Source: Chamaesiphon sp. | GTDB taxonomy: Bacteria > Cyanobacteriota > Cyanobacteriia > Cyanobacteriales > Chamaesiphonaceae | Assembly (NCBI GenBank): GCA_965246715.1 | Contig: CBDFFH010000027.1 | Location: 1-64,000, forward strand | Direction: 5' to 3' | DNA length: 64,000 bases | Shown here: positions 29,711 to 39,850 of the stretch, piece after piece | Layout of the letters: the number at the start of each line of letters is the position of its first letter | Numbering within the stretch: position 1 is the first letter of the stretch | Position numbers and translations under genes: made by a program | Notes under the pieces: model-generated | The model's input: the letters and a program-made list of their open reading frames with translations, nothing else | Told to the model about the DNA's origin: nothing | Databases searched by the model: none

Positions 29711-30835
29711 TTAATCCTGATGTTGTGGATTTGTGAAGTTGAGGGGATGAGATCGATCGATTGCAGACTGGCGCGTATGTTGCAAACTATGCTCGAACCG
29801 CCACCGCTCATCATCGATCGAGTAGCTGGGGCTGGGTGGCATCGGAAAGCCCTTCTGTCGATCCCAACGTTCGAGATCGTATCCAGGATAAAAGGGTGTC
29901 AGATTGAAGTTGACGAACGCTTTCAGGCGATTGCCGAAGGTTTGCTGGGCGAACGGCATCGCAGCATATCGCTGTGCTGTTGTCTCGAAGCTTTCGGCTG
30001 GCGTTCCGGTCAATTCTTCAACAACATTGGTGACTCCACCTTCAAGCGCAAACGTGCCGCGCTTCATTTCTTCCACATAGTAACGAAAGCCGCTAATCTC
30101 TAACGGATCGACTCTTTGCTGTTGGGCGACTTTGCAAAACATCCAGAACGGGATATTGACGGGGATAACGCGATGACCGACCACCTTGGCAACAATCTGA
30201 CCCATTTCCTTCCCAGACAGGAGTTTCGGCCCAGTCGGACGATAGCTCCTGCCAGCATGACGATCGGGATTCATCAGCACGGCGACAGCCACCCGCGCGA
30301 TGTCTTCATTGGATACAGGTGCCGCTTTTCCTTGACCCGTAAGGATCGGGTAGATGCCGAGCAATGCCGCGAAGTCCATCGTCCGCAGGAAATTGTCAGC
30401 AAACAAGCCAGGGTTGAGAATAGTGTGCGCGATGCCAGGAATCATCGCAAACATCCGATCGATCGACCAAATCTGTCTGGTCAAAATCGCTGGATGCGAT
30501 CGGTGCGACAGCCATTGACTCATCTGAACGATTGCTTCAAGCTTCGCTTCGCGTGCGGCGATCGCAAAGGCGACCGCACTTTGGATCGTATATGGATGAA
30601 AAGGTGGGCAGTAGTAAGCACGAGAAGTTCCCTGCATCGCTCTCAAGAGCTGTTCTGGGTCGAACAAGTCTGCGACGACCACATCCGCTCCCGCTCTGCT
30701 CAATCTTTTGCTGCGCGCATCAAGGGTGCGGACAACAGCCCGAACTGGCCAGCCAAGCTCAAGAAGCTGTGAAACTACAGCACTTCCCGTTTTGCCAGTG
30801 GCACCTGTGACGAGCACGATCGGCTTGTTTATCAT
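29711..30835 (-). CDS. NmrA-family NAD(P)-binding protein
   Basis: VLVTGATGKTG, VSNEDIA, PTGPKLLS. Confidence 0.88.
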   Translation of the reverse strand: MINKPIVLVTGATGKTGSAVVSQLLELGWPVRAVVRTLDARSKRLSRAGADVVVADLFDPEQLLRAMQGTSRAYYCPPFHPYTIQSAVAFAIAAREAKLEAIVQMSQWLSHRSHPAILTRQIWSIDRMFAMIPGIAHTILNPGLFADNFLRTMDFAALLGIYPILTGQGKAAPVSNEDIARVAVAVLMNPDRHAGRSYRPTGPKLLSGKEMGQIVAKVVGHRVIPVNIPFWMFCKVAQQQRVDPLEISGFRYYVEEMKRGTFALEGGVTNVVEELTGTPAESFETTAQRYAAMPFAQQTFGNRLKAFVNFNLTPFYPGYDLERWDRQKGFPMPPSPSYSIDDERWRFEHSLQHTRQSAIDRSHPLNFTNPQHQD

Positions 30836-30847
30836 ACTCTAAAATAC

Positions 30848-30871
30848 TTGTATTCAAAAAATTGAGTACAA
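30848..30871. promoter_or_regulatory. Probable PadR operator
   Basis: TTGTATTCAA-AAAA-TTGAGTACAA (9/10 palindrome) between divergent nmrA and padR. Confidence 0.6.
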
Positions 30872-30920
30872 CAACTAAGGTAAGCTGAAGATATTAGATT
30901 TGTCAAGTAAGTTATTGGTT

Positions 30921-31490
30921 ATGGCACTCAAGCACACGATCCTAGCCTTCCTATCCCGTCAATCCCTCAGTGGCTATGACGTTGCCAAAGAGTTTGCCGA
31001 AGGATTTGGTAGTTGCTTCTGGAAGGCCAGCCAACAACAAATTTATGCCGAACTGACGAAGTTAGAACAGCAAGGCAGCGTGACTTATGAGGCGATTCCC
31101 CAACCCGGACGACTCGATAAAAAGATCTATTCGATCGCCGAGCAAGGGCAGCAAGAACTGATCGAATGGCTGTCCAAACCCTGCGAACCTGCCGCTTTGC
31201 GTGAAGATTTGGGCGTAATGGGGTTAGCGGGTCATTTGGTGCCCTCGTCGCTGATGATTCGCGAAATCGAACGTCGCAGACAACTCCATCAAGACACTGC
31301 CAAGCAGGTTGAAAAATTGGACGAGTATTTTGCCCAACATCTCGATGAGTTGGAGCTAAAAGACCTCTATATGCACCTGATTATTCGGCGGGGCATTCGC
31401 TATCAGCGCGAGTGGGTAGCTTGGTGTGATGAAGCACTTGAAGCGATCGATCTGGTGGTAAAACGCCAGGGGGAGGCAGAACGATCGTGA
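30921..31490 (+). CDS. PadR-family regulator
   Basis: LSGYDVAKEF, FWKASQQQIYAEL, KKIYSI, WVAWCDE. Confidence 0.92.
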   Translation: MALKHTILAFLSRQSLSGYDVAKEFAEGFGSCFWKASQQQIYAELTKLEQQGSVTYEAIPQPGRLDKKIYSIAEQGQQELIEWLSKPCEPAALREDLGVMGLAGHLVPSSLMIREIERRRQLHQDTAKQVEKLDEYFAQHLDELELKDLYMHLIIRRGIRYQREWVAWCDEALEAIDLVVKRQGEAERS

Positions 31491-31553
31491 AGCGATCGAG
31501 CCAAAGCTAATTTAAATATATACAACGACTTGCTGGGCACCGAAGATTTCCAC

Positions 31554-32111
31554 ATGAATAAAGATCGAGAGTTTGACAATCGAACTGGCTCAGAGCCGAT
31601 CGTGCTCAGAGTGCTGACTGCGGCAGATGCCGAAGCCTATCGAGCGGTGCGAGTAGCAGCACTGGAGGAAGATCCTCCAGCTTTCGGTGCGCTCCCAGAG
31701 GATGAGCCAAATCTCGCCGCAACAGCCGCCAGACTTACCCAAAGCGACGATCGCTGCTTCTTTGGGGCATTTCAAGACGAGCGACTCATCGGCATCGTCC
31801 GGCTTTCCCGTTATGATGCACCCAATGAGAAACATCGTGCCTATTTAGCTGGGCTGTATGTGTTACCTCATTTTCGGCGCAGCGGTTGTGGGAGAGCACT
31901 CGTCAAGCAGGCGTTGAATCGGGCTGTTACCTTATCGGGCATCAGACGAATCAATCTTACAGTTGTCACCCAACAAACAGCCGCAATCCGGCTCTATGAA
32001 TCGCTCGGTTTTTGCATCTATGGTACGGAACTAGAGACATTTTCAAAAGCTGGATGCCTCTACGATGAGCATTTGATGACCTTGGCTCTTACACCACAAC
32101 AGAGCTATTAG
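31554..32111 (+). CDS. GNAT acetyltransferase
   Basis: GLYVLPHFRRSGCGRAL, AIRLYESLGF. Confidence 0.9.
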   Translation: MNKDREFDNRTGSEPIVLRVLTAADAEAYRAVRVAALEEDPPAFGALPEDEPNLAATAARLTQSDDRCFFGAFQDERLIGIVRLSRYDAPNEKHRAYLAGLYVLPHFRRSGCGRALVKQALNRAVTLSGIRRINLTVVTQQTAAIRLYESLGFCIYGTELETFSKAGCLYDEHLMTLALTPQQSY

Positions 32112-32119
32112 CTTTGTAG

Positions 32120-32274
32120 CCCATATTCCGCACTTCGGAAAAGTAGTATGAAAAAAGCCTGATTTTACGTTGCGGCGATCGACAAGCTACTAGCATTTAC
32201 AATCAGTAACATGGCTAAAATGTCGAGTCTTCGTATATTACTCTTCGATCGGAAATCGAAGTGCGGAATGTGGG
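32120..32274. mobile_element. MITE with IS1634-type ends
   Basis: 18-bp TIRs CCCA(T/C)ATTCCGCACTTCG (17/18). Direct repeat TTGTAG at 32114-32119 and 32275-32280. Confidence 0.85.
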
Positions 32275-32276
32275 TT

Positions 32277-32516
32277 GTAGAGTGGGTAATGCTCACCGAC
32301 TAGGTTTCAGGCATTGTCGATCGAGCTGAAGCTTATCTTTAATTAGTTGCCAAAATCCGCTCGTCATTTATTTATCAATTTTGATCGAGAGATTATTTCT
32401 TTTATTCGATCGCCATTACCATCGTTGTCAATTTATTTGCTTTCATTGAGCTGATGATGGTGGGCAAATATTATCATTTCGATTGATTATTCTGGTGCTA
32501 AGTTTGCCCACCCTAC
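32277..32516. repeat. REP-like GTAG...CCCTAC element
   Basis: Starts GTAGAGTGGGTAATGCTCACC, ends GGTGGGCAAA...TTTGCCCACCCTAC. Left part repeated at 34083. Confidence 0.65.
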
Positions 32517-32533
32517 GGTAGAGATGTTTTGCT

Positions 32534-33955
32534 TTACTCTCTTGTAGGTTCTTGAATCGGATATTCCCGATCTAGAACAGTAAACTTATTTGGATTTTTT
32601 AAAATGTTAAATGCTTCAGCAACTTCTCTTACCCAAATATCATCTTGTTCTGTCCAATTTGTTACATCCAAGTATATAGCATCATGAGATCGACCTCCGT
32701 TTTCAATGCCTGGTTCAGTAGCTATTCCGATAATATGCTGAGCATCAGGATACTTAAGCTTCACGCTCGAACAACAAGCTTCTAACAAATACCTGCGTTT
32801 TTCTCGATATTCATCATAAGCCATCGAATCAAATTCTGGCAGCGTTAGGAAAACATAGTATGGTTCTTGAGGTGACGAGGCGCAAAGATACCGAGTTGCA
32901 CGCATATTTCTTGGTGCTGACTGAATTATTCCCATAAGTCCCGCAACAAGATTTCTCCTCCGAAAACGTGGTTCTCGTGCCAAAAAACGGAGAAGTGGTT
33001 CTGTTCCTTGGACACCAGCATGAGTTGTAAAATACTCAGTACCTTCCACTACATGATTACTGAATTCTTCAATCAACCGATCCCATCCGTAACTGATTCT
33101 GTCCGCCAAAATTTGAGCTTTTCGTTCGGGGCTTTCAGTGAATTCTTCCCAATAACCCTCGTCAAAAAAAAGATAATTTATTTGCTCGCTCTCATTAGAC
33201 AGAATGACGAAATCATGCTCATCATTCTCATTCATATGCAGAAGGTAATAAGCTAGTAAATCTTCTTCTCCTGCGGCAAAAATAGTCGTGTCCGATCTAA
33301 TTAGTTTCTCTTTTTTATCTAAATAAGAAACAAAATCAGAAATAGTATCTAATGTGTTCAAAACAATATCCAGAGACGTATCATCGAGAACGTGAACAAA
33401 TGTTCGACTTGGATCGATATCTCCAATGCAAAATGGAATACCTCCATTTGCCCCCATGTAATGATTCACCGCGCCTTTAATAGAAGAATTAATCATAAGA
33501 CTTCCGCTACCATTAAATTCTTGTTGGCAGCGTAAGGAATTACCATGTGCAACAACAATTAAGTGAAACTTCGCTGTCGATAAATCTGGGATATCGATAG
33601 GAAAAGGTGAAGTACATGAACGATCTAAAAAAAGACGATTTCTGTGTTGCCCAATCCATCTTTCAGCTCCCCAAACTTGATCTGCTGATTTCTGCACTGT
33701 TTTCTTGAACCATCTATTCCAGTCAATCTCAAGCCGAGCGCTATTAGGAAATTGGCAATCTTTGTCTGAAAAAATAATGATGTGGTTTTCAAATATCACC
33801 AATAAGTCGCATACCTCTTTCCCCTCTGTTTTCTTGCTTAAATCTTGGTCTCTATATATTCCTGGATAACTCCAAAGTGATAAAAAAGTGCGGTCGCAAA
33901 GATGCTTTAGGTAGCATTCTGATTCGGTAACACCGTCAGCTCGCTTGATAGGCAT
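32534..33955 (-). CDS. Hypothetical protein with NERD/PD-(D/E)xK-like motif
   Basis: AT-rich ORF from ATG 33955 with KEVCDLLVIFENHIIIFSDK. Confidence 0.7.
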   Translation of the reverse strand: MPIKRADGVTESECYLKHLCDRTFLSLWSYPGIYRDQDLSKKTEGKEVCDLLVIFENHIIIFSDKDCQFPNSARLEIDWNRWFKKTVQKSADQVWGAERWIGQHRNRLFLDRSCTSPFPIDIPDLSTAKFHLIVVAHGNSLRCQQEFNGSGSLMINSSIKGAVNHYMGANGGIPFCIGDIDPSRTFVHVLDDTSLDIVLNTLDTISDFVSYLDKKEKLIRSDTTIFAAGEEDLLAYYLLHMNENDEHDFVILSNESEQINYLFFDEGYWEEFTESPERKAQILADRISYGWDRLIEEFSNHVVEGTEYFTTHAGVQGTEPLLRFLAREPRFRRRNLVAGLMGIIQSAPRNMRATRYLCASSPQEPYYVFLTLPEFDSMAYDEYREKRRYLLEACCSSVKLKYPDAQHIIGIATEPGIENGGRSHDAIYLDVTNWTEQDDIWVREVAEAFNILKNPNKFTVLDREYPIQEPTRE

Positions 33956-34082
33956 AATAGGTAAGTCAAGTAGAGGTAGTGGCTTGACCAGACTAAAATT
34001 GTGGGTAAAGATCTCGCTCAAAATATTACTGATTGTATTTTTCAGAGTTCTGAATGCCCACAATTTTAGTCTGGTCGTCCCA

Positions 34083-34229
34083 GTAGGGTGGGCACTACCC
34101 ACCAACTAGGTTTCAGGTATTCTCGATCGATATAAAACTAATGTTTAGTTGCTAAAACTCGATCGCTAATTAGCCGATCGATGATTTGCAGACGATCGCT
34201 AGCTTCAGTGTGGTGGATCGAACCTCTAC
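34083..34229. repeat. REP-like element, second copy
   Basis: GTAGGGTGGGCACTACCCACCAACTAGGTTTCAGG, similar to 32277-32311. Confidence 0.65.
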
Positions 34230-34290
34230 AGCTTACCTTACTGTCAAATCGATCGATAATGGAGATCTGATGTTTATCTGTTACTTGCTT

Positions 34291-36358
34291 ATGCAACCGC
34301 CTCACGCAGCCAAGCTAGCTCACCAGATTGAGATTCACGGGGACACGATCGTCGATGACTATTTCTGGCTCCGCGATCGAGATAATCCGCAAGTGATGGC
34401 ATATCTTAATGCAGAGAATGAGTATACAGAGCAAATATTAGCACCACACGCCGAATTGCGGGAGAGTCTATTCCAAGAGCTAAAAGCGCGAGTCAAACAG
34501 GATGATAACAGTGTCCCCGTCAAAAAAGATGGTTATTACTATTACTCCAGAGTTGCTGCGGGTCAGCAATACACCATTCATTGCCGCAAGCAAGGCGATC
34601 TAACTAGTCCTGAAGAAATCATCCTGGATGAAAATCAGATTGCTGAAGGTCAGCCTTATTTTCAGCTTGGTACATTTAGCATCAGTCCCAACCACCAACT
34701 CCTGGCATATTCCGAAGATACCGATGGCTCGGAGACATATACACTCCGAATTAAAAATCTGGAGACAGGCGAGCTATTGCCAGAATCAATTGCCAATACT
34801 TACTACTCGTTAGAGTGGGTAAACGATAATCGGACTTTCTATTACACCGTTTTGGACGAAAATTTGCGCCCTTATCGGCTCTATCGGCACACAGTCGGAC
34901 AGCCTGTCGAGCGCGATGAGCTAATTTATGAAGAACGGGATGCACAGTTTTTTGTCGGTTGCGACAAATCCCGCGACGATCGCTATATCTTTTTAAACAC
35001 TAACGGCAAAATCACCAGCGAAGCATATTTTGTCTCAGCCGACACTCCGCAGGATACTTTTAAGCTCGTTACACCTCGTCAGAAAGGGCATGAGTATAGC
35101 GTCATCCATCATCAGGGCTATTTCTACATTCTCACCAATAACAACGCACAGAACTTCCGGATCGTGAGGACGCTGGTAGCGCAACCACAGCAACAGCATT
35201 GGGAGGAGTATATTCCTCACGATCCCGATCGCTTACTTGAAGGAATTGATGAGTTTAAAGATTACTTCATTATTAGCGAACGCTATCGGGGTTTAGGCCA
35301 ATTGCGGGCAATTGAGATCCAGAGTCAAACATCACATTATCTGGAATTCGACGATTCTACTTATCTGGTGTTTGGGGCGGCTAATTGGGAATACGACACG
35401 CAGACATTCCGCTTTGGCTATACATCTCTAGTCTCACCGATGACGGTATTCGAGTACGATCTGCGTTCGCTAAGCGTCGGCTCTGCCGAATCGCGAACGC
35501 AGACAATTCTCAAGCAAAATGAGATTCCTGGGGGTTACGATCCCAGCCAGTACCATTCAGAGCGAATTTTTGCGCGTTCTCACGATGGTGTGGAAGTGCC
35601 GATCTCGATCGTTTATCGTCGAGACTTTCAGCGCCATGGCACAGCTCCACTCTCTCTATGGCTACGGCTCCTACGGTGCGAGCTTAGATCCGGGCTTTTC
35701 TACCAATCGACTCAGTTTACTCGATCGCGGCTTTATCTACGCGATCGCCCATATTCGTGGTGGTTCGGAGTTGGGGCGACACTGGTATGAGTCGGGTAAG
35801 TTCTTGCAGAAAAAGAACACCTTTTTGGACTTTGTGGCTTGTGCCGAACATCTGATTGCCGAAAAGTATACCAGCGCGGGCAATATTGCCATTGCGGGTG
35901 GTAGTGCGGGTGGGTTGCTAGTCGGGGCGACGATTAATCTCAAACCCGAACTATTCAAGGCGGCGATCGCTCAAGTACCATTTGTCGATGTGCTGAATAC
36001 GATGCTGAATGCCAATTTGCCCCTGACGCAGTTAGAGTACGACGAGTGGGGCAATCCCGCCGATGAGGAGTTTTACCGCTATATTCACTCCTATTCCCCT
36101 TACGATAATGTCGAAGCTAAAGCTTACCCACACCTACTAATTACGGCGGGGTTGAACGATCCGCGCGTGACTTATTGGGAGCCTGCCAAGTGGACGGCAA
36201 AATTGCGAGATCTCAAAACTGATGAGAATTTACTCCTGCTCAAAACCAATCTGGATTCTGGACACGGTGGCGCATCGGGACGTTATGAATATCTCAAGGA
36301 TATCGCTTTGGAATATACTTTTTTACTTACTGTTTTTGAGAAAGTGAGCAATGTTTAA
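34291..36358 (+). pseudogene. ptrB: Oligopeptidase B (S9A), frameshifted
   Basis: DDYFWLRD; YGYGSYG, GGSAGG, NDPRV, GHGG in the second frame. Shift at CTCTCTCT 35650-35657. Confidence 0.9.
35466..35489 (+). repeat. 24-nt small dispersed repeat in GCG|ATCGC (ptrB)
   Basis: TTCGCTAAGCGTCGGCTCTGCCGA. Confidence 0.85.
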
Positions 36359-36377
36359 ATTAATTGAGAATTGCAGA

Positions 36378-36414
36378 TGCGCTATACCGTCGGGTTCCCC
36401 GACGGTATAGCGCA
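36378..36414. terminator. 17-bp perfect hairpin between convergent genes
   Basis: TGCGCTATACCGTCGGG-TTC-CCCGACGGTATAGCGCA. Confidence 0.65.
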
Positions 36415-36486
36415 CCAAGCAGAGAATTGGGTTGTTAGGATGGGGACTAGCCAGGAGCAGCATGGCCGATTTTGAAATCTAGTCCT

Positions 36487-38064
36487 TTACTGTTGCCGAT
36501 TTTCGCCTAACATCACAGCCGCGATCGCAGCACTGGCAACTGCTAATCCCGCCGCAATCCACATCACCCAACGGAAACCATCGACAAATGCCAGCGCGAT
36601 CGCCGACCGCAGTGCGGCACTTGCATTAATACTCAAGCCTGGAGGCACTGCTGCCGCCGCTAAGTTGATGCGCTGGGTATCGAGAAATTGTCGGGCTGGT
36701 ACGGACAGATCGAGTGAGATAATGCTGCGATCTAAGCTGGCGTTGAAAATATTGGCGACGATAATGCCCAAAACCGCGATCGCCACCAAACCAGCAATGC
36801 GGGAAACGGCGTTATTAATGCCCGAAGCTGCGCCTGCATAGCGCACTTCCACAGCCGCCATCACAGTGGTGGTCAGCGGTGCCACACAGATCGCCATCCC
36901 CAAACCCAGCACGATGACTGCCGGAAAAAATGTCGTCCAATAGCTGCCGCCGATGCTCGGTACACTCATCAAAGCCAGTCCCACCGCCGCAATCGTCGGG
37001 CCGACAACGAGCGGTTTTCTGGCACCATAGCGATCGACCAACCCACCAGACCATCGCGACAGCAAAAACATCAAAATTGGAAACGGCACCAGTGCTGCAC
37101 CCGCCGCTGTCGGCGAGTAGTGCTGCACTTGAATTAAATTAAATGGCAGAAAAAATAACGCTCCCGCCAGTGCCGCATACAGCAAGAGCGTGAGCAGATT
37201 GGCACCGCTGAAGGTGCGAGAACGAAATAATTGCAACGGCACCATCGGTGCTGCCAGATGGGATTCGATCGTTATAAATGCACCCAAACAGATCGTACCG
37301 AGGGCGATCGCACTCCAGACTCGGAAATTGCCAAAGCCCTGGCTGGAGGATTCAATCAGTCCGTACACCACGCCGCCCAAACCAACTACTGCTAATACTG
37401 CGCCTACCCAATCCAGTTTTGAAGATGCCTCTGGGTTGCGGCTTTCTGGTACCTGCCATAGACTCACAGCCAGCACGATCGCCGCTAACGGCACATTAAT
37501 GAAAAATAGCCAGTGCCAAGAAGCATGTTCGATTAACCAGCCGCCGAGTACTGGCCCAATCGCGGAGGTCATCGCTGTAAAGCCAGACCAAACCCCAATC
37601 GCCCTACCGCGTCGCTCTGGTGGAAACGCCGCGCTAATAATTGCCAAACTGCCAGGAATGAGTAAAGCACCACCGATACCTTGTAACGATCGCGCCCAAA
37701 TCAGTTGCTGCACATTGGGCGATAACCCGCACCAGACGGATGCTAGGGTGAATAAGCTTACCCCGATCGTGAAGATCCGCCGCCGTCCAAAGCGATCGCC
37801 CAAAGCACCACCAACGAGAATTAAGGCAGCGACAAACAGCGCGTAGGACTCGACCACCCACTGGACATCAGTAGCTGTCGCGCCAAGTTCGGTTTGGAGA
37901 GTGGGCAGGGCAACATTGACGATCGTGCTATCGATCGAAGCCATACTAGAGCCGAGAATTGTAGCGACCAAGACCCATACCTGGGCACTGGGAGCGCAAG
38001 GGGTCACACAAGGTTGAGAGCGGATCGCACCTTCATCGCAAGGCTGTTTGATGATGTTGGTCAT
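36487..38064 (-). CDS. DHA2 (EmrB/QacA) MFS transporter
   Basis: DSTIVNVALP, GALGDRFGRRR, WLFFINVP, about 14 TMs. Confidence 0.93.
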   Translation of the reverse strand: MTNIIKQPCDEGAIRSQPCVTPCAPSAQVWVLVATILGSSMASIDSTIVNVALPTLQTELGATATDVQWVVESYALFVAALILVGGALGDRFGRRRIFTIGVSLFTLASVWCGLSPNVQQLIWARSLQGIGGALLIPGSLAIISAAFPPERRGRAIGVWSGFTAMTSAIGPVLGGWLIEHASWHWLFFINVPLAAIVLAVSLWQVPESRNPEASSKLDWVGAVLAVVGLGGVVYGLIESSSQGFGNFRVWSAIALGTICLGAFITIESHLAAPMVPLQLFRSRTFSGANLLTLLLYAALAGALFFLPFNLIQVQHYSPTAAGAALVPFPILMFLLSRWSGGLVDRYGARKPLVVGPTIAAVGLALMSVPSIGGSYWTTFFPAVIVLGLGMAICVAPLTTTVMAAVEVRYAGAASGINNAVSRIAGLVAIAVLGIIVANIFNASLDRSIISLDLSVPARQFLDTQRINLAAAAVPPGLSINASAALRSAIALAFVDGFRWVMWIAAGLAVASAAIAAVMLGENRQQ

Positions 38065-38324
38065 TAGATAAAGGTTTTATCGACATAGCACCATTGCCAA
38101 TCTTCATCTGGCTCGATCGATCTCACAATGGGATGTTCGCTAGTGTGAAAGTGTTTGGTGGCATGTTTATTCTTGGACGAATCACAACAAGCGACGTGTC
38201 CGCAAGTTAGGCACTCGCGCAGATGTACCCAAGTGTCGCCCATTGCGAGACATTCTTCGCAGCCATTGGTGCTGCTGGGTGTGACTTGACGAATTTGGTC
38301 GAGATGGGTGCAAGGTGTACTCAT
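38064..38324 (-). CDS. UBP-type zinc-finger protein
   Basis: CTH...CEEC...HLRECLTCGHVACCDSSKNKHATKH...WCYVD. Confidence 0.92.
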   Translation of the reverse strand: MSTPCTHLDQIRQVTPSSTNGCEECLAMGDTWVHLRECLTCGHVACCDSSKNKHATKHFHTSEHPIVRSIEPDEDWQWCYVDKTFI

Positions 38325-38402
38325 TGATGTTTGCTCCACATAAATTAAGTCGATTGGCAATACCGATCGCCATGTCATACTTCAAATTATAACTAGCCAC
38401 CT

Positions 38403-38451
38403 ATCGATCTCAGGAATTCAGCCCCGTCGCACCCACAACCCAAGCAGATCG
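38403..38451 (-). repeat. Remnant of SDR gene 3' end
   Basis: 16 nt identical to 41211-41226, followed by 27 nt matching 39673-39699 at 25/27. Confidence 0.7.
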
Positions 38452-38490
38452 GTCTCAAAGTAATCTATTCGCAAATAATTGTGGTAAATT

Positions 38491-38946
38491 TTACCCTTCG
38501 ATGCGATCGACCACACTCAAGCAGGTTTGAGTCAAATCTAGTACGTGCCGAATGGCTAAAGCTCGATCGGTGTCTGAATACTTACCAATGGTAAGGCGCA
38601 GTTCATTTGCAAATAAACCGTAGATTGCGCCAAGACTTTGAAATACTTTGGGAGTCGCAGCTACCAAGATACCGCGTCTGTCATTGGGATCGCGCATCCG
38701 CTCGACTAATCCCTTTATTTCCAAGCGATCGATGAGTGCAGTAACGCTACCAGTGGTCAAGTCCAGAGCTGTGGCGATATAAGTCGGCGTAACCGAACCA
38801 TGTTCGAGCAAATTGAGGCAGCGTAGATCGTTGCGAGCGATAGCAAGACTGTTAGCCGCTGCATGGTCTAGCCGATCGATTGCCGAGTGCAATTGACGGC
38901 AAGCCGCAACAATATCTACACCATCCTCAACGATCTGCTCTTCCAT
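38491..38946 (-). CDS. MarR regulator
   Basis: LTTGSVTALIDRLE.KGLVER..DPNDRR. Confidence 0.9.
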   Translation of the reverse strand: MEEQIVEDGVDIVAACRQLHSAIDRLDHAAANSLAIARNDLRCLNLLEHGSVTPTYIATALDLTTGSVTALIDRLEIKGLVERMRDPNDRRGILVAATPKVFQSLGAIYGLFANELRLTIGKYSDTDRALAIRHVLDLTQTCLSVVDRIEG

Positions 38947-39082
38947 AGTAAATTCCTAAATCGTAGCTCAAAAGACATCGCGAATCGCAGACTCAATATT
39001 AGCTTGATTGACAAGTTACTTGATTATTTATATTCTAGATGAACGAGGTTTATCATGCAACTCATCATTTAAGGAATCAGTC

Positions 39083-39655
39083 ATGGAGCTATTAACCATT
39101 ATCTTAGGCATTGCAGTAGCGATCGCCGTTGTTGTTTTTCTCACTCCCAAGTTTGTTAAGTACACAGAAGAAATTACGATCGATGCTGCTGCTTCACAAG
39201 TTTACGACCATATTCGGTTCCAAAAAGACTTGATGCGCTGGTCGGCTTGGCCGAGCGTAACTGGATCGACCTGTGAATGCCAGCAGGAAGATGGTGGCGT
39301 TGGTGCTCAAACAGTGTTTTTTGGCAAAGACGGCAAACGGAGCGGACATCAGGAAGTCACTGCGATATCTGAAAATAAAAGTGTCGATTTTGAACTCTTC
39401 GGTGGTGGTCCGCCTCACAAAGCTAAGATGCAGTTTGAATTGATACCGATAAACGCGACGCGCACAAAAGTGCTATTGCACTTCAATAACGAGATTATGC
39501 CTCCTTTCAATCTGATACTCAGACTTGTTGGCGTTGTGAGTTGGACGCGTAAAATGCACCAAAAAGATTTAGATGGTCTAAAAAGATTTTCAGAACCACC
39601 GTTCCAAACTTACACTGGGCAACCTGTATCAATTTCTGGTACGACTCGATCGTGA
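39083..39655 (+). CDS. SRPBCC/polyketide-cyclase-like protein
   Basis: N-terminal TM, ITIDAAASQVY, RWSAW, DGGVGA, DLDGLK. Confidence 0.85.
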   Translation: MELLTIILGIAVAIAVVVFLTPKFVKYTEEITIDAAASQVYDHIRFQKDLMRWSAWPSVTGSTCECQQEDGGVGAQTVFFGKDGKRSGHQEVTAISENKSVDFELFGGGPPHKAKMQFELIPINATRTKVLLHFNNEIMPPFNLILRLVGVVSWTRKMHQKDLDGLKRFSEPPFQTYTGQPVSISGTTRS

Positions 39656-39673
39656 GTATTTACCGAATCCCAC

Positions 39674-39704
39674 GTCGCACCTATAACCCAAGCAGATCGA
39701 TCGG
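39674..39704 (-). repeat. Remnant of SDR gene 3' region
   Basis: 29/31 identical to 41261-41291. Translates DRSAWVIGAT. Confidence 0.75.
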
Positions 39705-39850
39705 TTTAGTCTGGCGAACGGGACAGGATAACGATACGGTGAAAGCTTTCTGTACATTTGCTGCCAGTCATCATTGGTAACGCGATCGAGTCAATAAATA
39801 ATTATTGAAACTCGATCGGTTGATTGATGGCATCCAGAAAATTGTCAGAT

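Noticed and set aside
30116..30772. 218-aa plus-strand ORF (similarly 37190..37846 and 19914..20399)
   Set aside because: Antisense shadows of well-supported genes.
33956..34105. N-terminal extension MVGSAHPT... of the 523-aa ORF
   Set aside because: It is the translation of the REP-like repeat. The likely start is ATG 33955.
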